Positions 59,185 to 64,000 of a stretch of DNA of 64,000 nucleotides are shown in pieces. Position numbers and translations under genes: made by a program. The stretch covers positions 34,384-98,383 of the forward strand of contig CAZKCA010000001.1 of assembly GCA_964551495.1 (NCBI GenBank), written 5' to 3'. Position 1 is the first letter of the stretch. Every line of letters starts with the position of its first letter. Origin of the DNA: an uncultured Candidatus Saccharibacteria bacterium. GTDB taxonomy: Bacteria; Patescibacteriota; Minisyncoccia; Phycocordibacterales; DATDWN01. The notes under the pieces are model-generated. The model searched no databases. It was given only the letters and a program-made list of their open reading frames with translations, and was not told the DNA's origin.

Positions 59185-60882
59185 ATGCTAAATCGTTTTT
59201 TCTCTATATTTAGAAAAAGAAATAAAAATTATAAATCTATTGATCCGGATGAAATTTTTATAGATTCTGAAAATCTTCCAGAATTTAATACGCATCAATT
59301 TGAAGGAAAAATAGAAAAACCAATCGGAAAAAAAGTTTTCGGTCTTTTTTATATTGCAATTTTTTTAGTGTGCGGAGCTTTTTCTTTTAAACTTTGGAAT
59401 TTGCAAGTTGTTGAAGGTGAGAGTTTTAGACAAAGAAGTGAAAGAAATAGTTTGAATAATACAATTATTTTTGCTGATAGAGGCAACATTTTAGATAGAA
59501 ATGGCAACAAAATTGTTTGGAATACTTTAAATCCAAATTCACCAGATTTTTCACTGAGAGTCTACGCTACTTCTACAGGACTTTCTACTACTTTAGGTTA
59601 TGTAAAATATCCAGCAAAAGATTCCTCAGGATTTTATTATCAGTATCAATTTGATGCTAAAGATGGTTTAGAAAAAATATATGATGATTATCTTTCCGGT
59701 ATAAATGGTAAAAAGATTGTTGAAACAGATGTTGCTGGACGAGTTGTTTCAGAGAGTTTAATAGAACCACCCATAAATGGTGATGATCTCCTCTTATCTA
59801 TTGATTTGGGTCTTCAAAAAAAATTATATGAAGCCATGTTAAATCTTAGTGACAGAGCTGGTTTTAAGGGTGGTTCAGGAATAATTATGGATGTAAATAC
59901 TGGTGAGATTTTGGCATTAGCTAACTTTCCAGAGTATGACTCTCAGACAATAACAGATGGACTGGAAAAAAACAAAATAAATAACTGGTTAAATAGTTCA
60001 GATAAACCGTTTCTAAACAGAGCAATTCAAGGTTTGTATACCCCAGGATCTATAATGAAACTTTTTGTTGGTTTAGGTGTTATAGAAGAGGGAATTATAG
60101 ATCCTAGAAAACAAATTTTAAGCACCAAAACAATTTCAATACCTAATCCATATGTTCCAGATAAACCTTCAATTTTTTCAGATTGGAAGGCACACGGTAT
60201 GGTTGATTTTAGGGATGCTATAGCTGTTTCTTCAAACATATATTTTTATGCAGTTACAGGTGGGTATAAAGATCAAAAAGGTATTGGTATTTCTAATATC
60301 CAAAAGTATGTAGAAATGTTTAATTTTGGAACAACTACTGATATAAATTTTACAGGTGAAAAAGAAGGAGTTGTACCAAATCCTGAATGGAAAAAAGAAG
60401 TTTTTGATGGAGAAATTTGGAGGTTGGGAGATACTTATAACACGGCCATAGGTCAATATGGTTTTCAAGTCAGTCCTATACAAGTGGCAGTAGCTGTTTC
60501 AGCTTTAGCCAATGAAGGCAAGATTCTAACTCCAACTTTTTTGAAAGGACAAAATCCTGTTGTCAAAAAAGAAATAAGTTTGAGTCCTAATAGTTACAGA
60601 ATTGTAAAGGAAGGCATGAGACAAGGTGTAACCGAGGGGACATCTTCTTCATTAAATGTTCCTTATGTAAAAGTGGCTTCAAAAACAGGAACCGCTGAAG
60701 TTGGAACACTCAAGAATTTTGTGAACTCTTGGGTGGTTGGTTTTTTCCCTTACGATAATCCAAAATATGCTTATGTTATTTTAATGGAAAGAGGTAGTAG
60801 TCAAAATCAATTTGGCGCTTCTTTGGTTATGAGAGAAGTTTTTGATTGGATGAATATATATACTCCGGAATATTTTAAATAG
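59185..60882 (+). CDS. mrdA: Penicillin-binding protein 2
   Basis: RG.I.DRNG, PGSIMK (SxxK), SSN, KTGT. Confidence 0.92.
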   Translation: MLNRFFSIFRKRNKNYKSIDPDEIFIDSENLPEFNTHQFEGKIEKPIGKKVFGLFYIAIFLVCGAFSFKLWNLQVVEGESFRQRSERNSLNNTIIFADRGNILDRNGNKIVWNTLNPNSPDFSLRVYATSTGLSTTLGYVKYPAKDSSGFYYQYQFDAKDGLEKIYDDYLSGINGKKIVETDVAGRVVSESLIEPPINGDDLLLSIDLGLQKKLYEAMLNLSDRAGFKGGSGIIMDVNTGEILALANFPEYDSQTITDGLEKNKINNWLNSSDKPFLNRAIQGLYTPGSIMKLFVGLGVIEEGIIDPRKQILSTKTISIPNPYVPDKPSIFSDWKAHGMVDFRDAIAVSSNIYFYAVTGGYKDQKGIGISNIQKYVEMFNFGTTTDINFTGEKEGVVPNPEWKKEVFDGEIWRLGDTYNTAIGQYGFQVSPIQVAVAVSALANEGKILTPTFLKGQNPVVKKEISLSPNSYRIVKEGMRQGVTEGTSSSLNVPYVKVASKTGTAEVGTLKNFVNSWVVGFFPYDNPKYAYVILMERGSSQNQFGASLVMREVFDWMNIYTPEYFK

Positions 60883-60947
60883 TTTGACCCAAACGCTTTT
60901 TTGTTATAAAATAGCCAAATATTATTTATATATTATAGAAAACTTAA

Positions 60948-61406
60948 ATGAACGAAAAAGAATATCTTACTCAAGAGAAATTTGATGAATTTACTAAAGA
61001 ATTAGAGTTTTTAAAAAGTACAAAAAGGAAAGAAGTTGCTGAAAGTTTGGAATATGCAAAAGCATTAGGTGATCTATCAGAAAACGCTGAGTATCATGAG
61101 GCTAGAGGAGAGCAAGCCGTTGTTGAAGATAGGATAAACAAATTAGAGAACCTTTTGAAAAATGCGATAATAGTTTCTTCTAGTGATACTGGTGTAGTAA
61201 ACGTTGGTTCTGTTGTTACTGTAGAAAAAGATGGAAAGAAAGCTGTTTATACTATAGTTGGTTCCGAAGAAGCCGATGTTACTTCAAATAAGATATCTAT
61301 AAAATCTCCATTTGGCCAAGCAGTAATTGGTAAGAAAAAAGGAGAAAAATTTTCTTTCAATGCCCCTAACGGCGAAGTATCTTATTCTATTGTTGATATA
61401 AAATAG
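60948..61406 (+). CDS. greA: Transcription elongation factor GreA
   Basis: GDLSENAEY, SPFG.A..GKK.G. Confidence 0.96.
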   Translation: MNEKEYLTQEKFDEFTKELEFLKSTKRKEVAESLEYAKALGDLSENAEYHEARGEQAVVEDRINKLENLLKNAIIVSSSDTGVVNVGSVVTVEKDGKKAVYTIVGSEEADVTSNKISIKSPFGQAVIGKKKGEKFSFNAPNGEVSYSIVDIK

Positions 61407-61451
61407 TTTTTATAATTCTGTGTTTTCTGTTAACATAAGATTATAAACAAA

Positions 61452-62903
61452 ATGGCAGGATTATCTGAAATAAGAGAGGCAAGACTTAAAAAACTAGAAC
61501 TTTTGAAATCAAAAGGTATTAATCCTTTTCCTTCTTCTGTTCCGCGAGATTTTTCCTTAAATGAAGTCAAGAAAGATTTTGAAAGTTTAGAAAAAAGCGG
61601 AAAAGAATTTTCTGTGGCAGGAAGAATTATGACCATAAGAGGTCAAGGAGCTATACTTTTTGCTGTTCTTTTTGATGGTACAGAAAAACTTCAAGCGATT
61701 ATAAAAAAAGATGAAATGCCTTCTGATCTTTTTGATTTATTTACAGAGGTTATAGATATTGGAGATTTTGTGTCTGTGACTGGCAAAGCCTTGACTTCTC
61801 AAAGAGGAGAACAAAGTATTTTGATAAATAAATGGCAGATTGCAACCAAAACACTTTTGCCTTTGCCGGAAAAATGGCATGGACTTCAAGATGTAGAGGA
61901 AAGATATAGAAAAAGATATCTGGATTTTTTGATGGATGATGAGGCAAGAGATTTGATTGTTAAAAAAAGTAAGTTTTGGGATGTAACAAGACAGTTTTTA
62001 AAAGAAGAAGGATTTTTAGAAATAGAAACCCCAACTTTGGAACTTACTACTGGTGGAGCAGAAGCCGAACCTTTCTTAACTCACCACAAGGATTATGATT
62101 TAGATGTTTATCTTCGTATTTCAGTTGGAGAATTGTGGCAAAAAAGATTGATGGCTGGAGGTTTTCCTAAAACTTTTGAAATAGGTAGAGTCTATAGAAA
62201 TGAAGGTTCTAGTCCGGAGCATTTGCAAGAGTTTACCAACATGGAATTTTATTGGAGTTTCGCTGACTTTAAAGATGGAATGGAATTGGTTAAAAAAATG
62301 TATAGAAAGATAGCTCTAGATGTTTTTGGGAAAACAAAATTTGAAACCAGAGATCATGAATTTGACCTAAATGATGACTGGAAGGAGATTGACTATTTAG
62401 AAGAAATAAAAAATCAGATCAAAATAGATGTCACATCTGCTACTTTGGAGGAAATGGAAAACAAGTTGAAAGAGTTGAATGTAAAATATGAAGGAAATAA
62501 CAAAGAAAGACTTATTGATTCTCTTTGGAAATATTGTAGAAAAAATATTTCTGGTCCTGCATTTTTGATAAATCACCCAAGTATTGTAGGTCCTTTGGCA
62601 AAATTAAATCCAGATGGAAAAACTGTTCAGATGTTTCAACCTATCATAGCTGGTAGTGAAGTGGGTAGAGGATATTCAGAATTAAATGATCCTATAGATC
62701 AAAAAGATAGATTTTTGGAACAACAAAATCTAATAGATAGAGGAGACAAAGAAGCCATGATGGCAGATTTTGAGTTTGTTGAAATGCTTGAATACGGCAT
62801 GCCTCCAACTTGTGGTTTTGGTTTTGGAGAAAGGCTTTTTGCATTTCTAGCAGACAAACCTTTGCGTGAAGTTCAAACTTTTCCACTAATGCGTCCAAGG
62901 TAG
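61452..62903 (+). CDS. lysS: Lysine--tRNA ligase (class II)
   Basis: RYRKRYLD, GGA.A.PF.T, YRNEG, YSELNDP, YGMPP. Confidence 0.96.
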   Translation: MAGLSEIREARLKKLELLKSKGINPFPSSVPRDFSLNEVKKDFESLEKSGKEFSVAGRIMTIRGQGAILFAVLFDGTEKLQAIIKKDEMPSDLFDLFTEVIDIGDFVSVTGKALTSQRGEQSILINKWQIATKTLLPLPEKWHGLQDVEERYRKRYLDFLMDDEARDLIVKKSKFWDVTRQFLKEEGFLEIETPTLELTTGGAEAEPFLTHHKDYDLDVYLRISVGELWQKRLMAGGFPKTFEIGRVYRNEGSSPEHLQEFTNMEFYWSFADFKDGMELVKKMYRKIALDVFGKTKFETRDHEFDLNDDWKEIDYLEEIKNQIKIDVTSATLEEMENKLKELNVKYEGNNKERLIDSLWKYCRKNISGPAFLINHPSIVGPLAKLNPDGKTVQMFQPIIAGSEVGRGYSELNDPIDQKDRFLEQQNLIDRGDKEAMMADFEFVEMLEYGMPPTCGFGFGERLFAFLADKPLREVQTFPLMRPR

Positions 62904-62956
62904 TATTTACAAATTTTTATAGTAGGAGTAAATTATTATAAGGAAAGGAGGTTTCA

Positions 62957-63082
62957 GTGGCTCCTGTTACCAAAAAGCTTCTGGAATCTCAGAGAAGAGA
63001 GAAAAGAACTCCAACCCAGCTGGAGATTCTAATGAGAAGGAATCAACACGACCGAAGAGGTCGTAGATTCAGAACTCGTTAA
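62957..63082 (+). CDS. Unannotated 41-aa Arg-rich peptide
   Basis: AAGGAGGT SD, GTG start, MAPVTKKLLESQRREKRTPTQLEILMRRNQHDRRGRRFRTR; terminator 63091-63126. Confidence 0.6.
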   Translation: MAPVTKKLLESQRREKRTPTQLEILMRRNQHDRRGRRFRTR

Positions 63083-63161
63083 GTGATTTTGTCCCCCAAC
63101 TGTAGAAAGGCAGTCGGGGGACTTTTCTATTAAAAAATCTAGATAAAATCTAGGTTTTTTC

Positions 63162-63241
63162 TTATCCACAGAAAAGTGTTTACTTGTGTTTTCTGGTGGG
63201 AGAAAGTGGTATATAATTATAATCAAGTGGGATGAAGTGGG
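63162..63241 (+). promoter_or_regulatory. mraZ promoter region with DnaA box and MraZ-binding GTGG repeats
   Basis: TTATCCACA 63162-63170; GTGG(G/T) at 63196, 63206, 63227, 63237. Confidence 0.75.
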
Positions 63242-63257
63242 ATAAACAATTTTTAAT

Positions 63258-63692
63258 ATGTTAATCGGCGAATATACACACAGCATAGACGACAAGAACA
63301 GGATTTCGCTTCCAGCGAAGTTTCGTTCTGAAATGGGGAAGAAAATGGTCGTAACCCCAGGGCTGGATGCTTGTTTGTTCGTTTTCACTCACAAAGAATG
63401 GCAAAAGATAGAAGAAAAATTAAATCAATCTTCTCTTTTGCAAGCTGACAATAGAAGTTTCAATCGTTTTATGTTTGCTGGCGCGGTTGAAGTGGAAGTT
63501 GATTCAGCAGGAAGAATTCTTATTCCGGACTTTCTAAAAGAAAGAGCTCATCTAAAAAACAAAGTTGTTTTTATAGGAGTTTCTAGTCGATTGGAAATTT
63601 GGAATGAGAAAACTTGGTCTGAATACAAGAAGGTTGTTGAAAAACAAGCTGACACTTTGGCAGAAAAACTTGGTCAGGTTGGTGTTCTATAA
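63258..63692 (+). CDS. mraZ: Transcriptional regulator MraZ
   Basis: GEY.H.IDDKNR..LPAKFR, DSAGRILIP, LEIW. Confidence 0.96.
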   Translation: MLIGEYTHSIDDKNRISLPAKFRSEMGKKMVVTPGLDACLFVFTHKEWQKIEEKLNQSSLLQADNRSFNRFMFAGAVEVEVDSAGRILIPDFLKERAHLKNKVVFIGVSSRLEIWNEKTWSEYKKVVEKQADTLAEKLGQVGVL

Positions 63693-63700
63693 CTATCTTT

Positions 63701-64000
63701 ATGCAGCACAAAACAGTACTTTTACATCAATCTATAGATAACTTGGATATATCTTCTGGAGATATATTTGTGGATGGCACTTTGGGTAATGGAGGACATA
63801 CCGAAGAAGTTTGCAAGAGGTTTGGTAATAATGTTTCTATATTTGCTATTGATCAAGATGAAGATGCTTTAGAGAGGTCTAAAAAAAGATTGTCTGAATA
63901 TAAAAATATAAATTATATTTTGGGCAATTTTAGAGATATAGATACATTACTTATTTCAAATGGTGTAACTGAAGTAGACGGTATATTACTTGACATTGGG
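63701..64000 (+). CDS. rsmH: 16S rRNA m4C1402 methyltransferase, 5' part (runs off window)
   Basis: MQHKTVLL...VDGTLGNGGH...IDQD...NFR...DGILLDIG read by hand. Confidence 0.93.
   Translation, partial: MQHKTVLLHQSIDNLDISSGDIFVDGTLGNGGHTEEVCKRFGNNVSIFAIDQDEDALERSKKRLSEYKNINYILGNFRDIDTLLISNGVTEVDGILLDIG

Overview
AT-rich (roughly one-third G+C), gene-dense bacterial chromosome segment in genetic code 11. Gene content and order (rpoB-rpoC-dnaG-rpoD, NusB with an extra C-terminal domain, short SMC, degenerate PriA, two mreB, rpsP-khpA-trmD without rimM) point to a Patescibacteria/CPR (Parcubacteria-like) genome; the taxonomy is inferred. Most of the window is housekeeping. It has one tRNA (Asn-GTT) and no rRNA, CRISPR array, transposase or integrase. 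The unexplained signal is intergenic. (1) Two GC-enriched, ORF-free, hairpin-packed units of about 350-370 nt each have their own sigma70 promoter and terminator and are candidate novel large ncRNAs (29040-29412, 45435-45780). (2) A dispersed, modular family of 150-290 bp foldback elements occurs at seven loci, with compensatory base changes, a chimera that switches exactly at a conserved core, and one copy built from tRNA-Asn 3' sequence. (3) About ten orphan genes form self-contained promoter-SD-ORF-terminator cassettes, including a high-GC PEP-CTERM gene and unannotated Arg-rich peptides, while many resident genes look leaderless.
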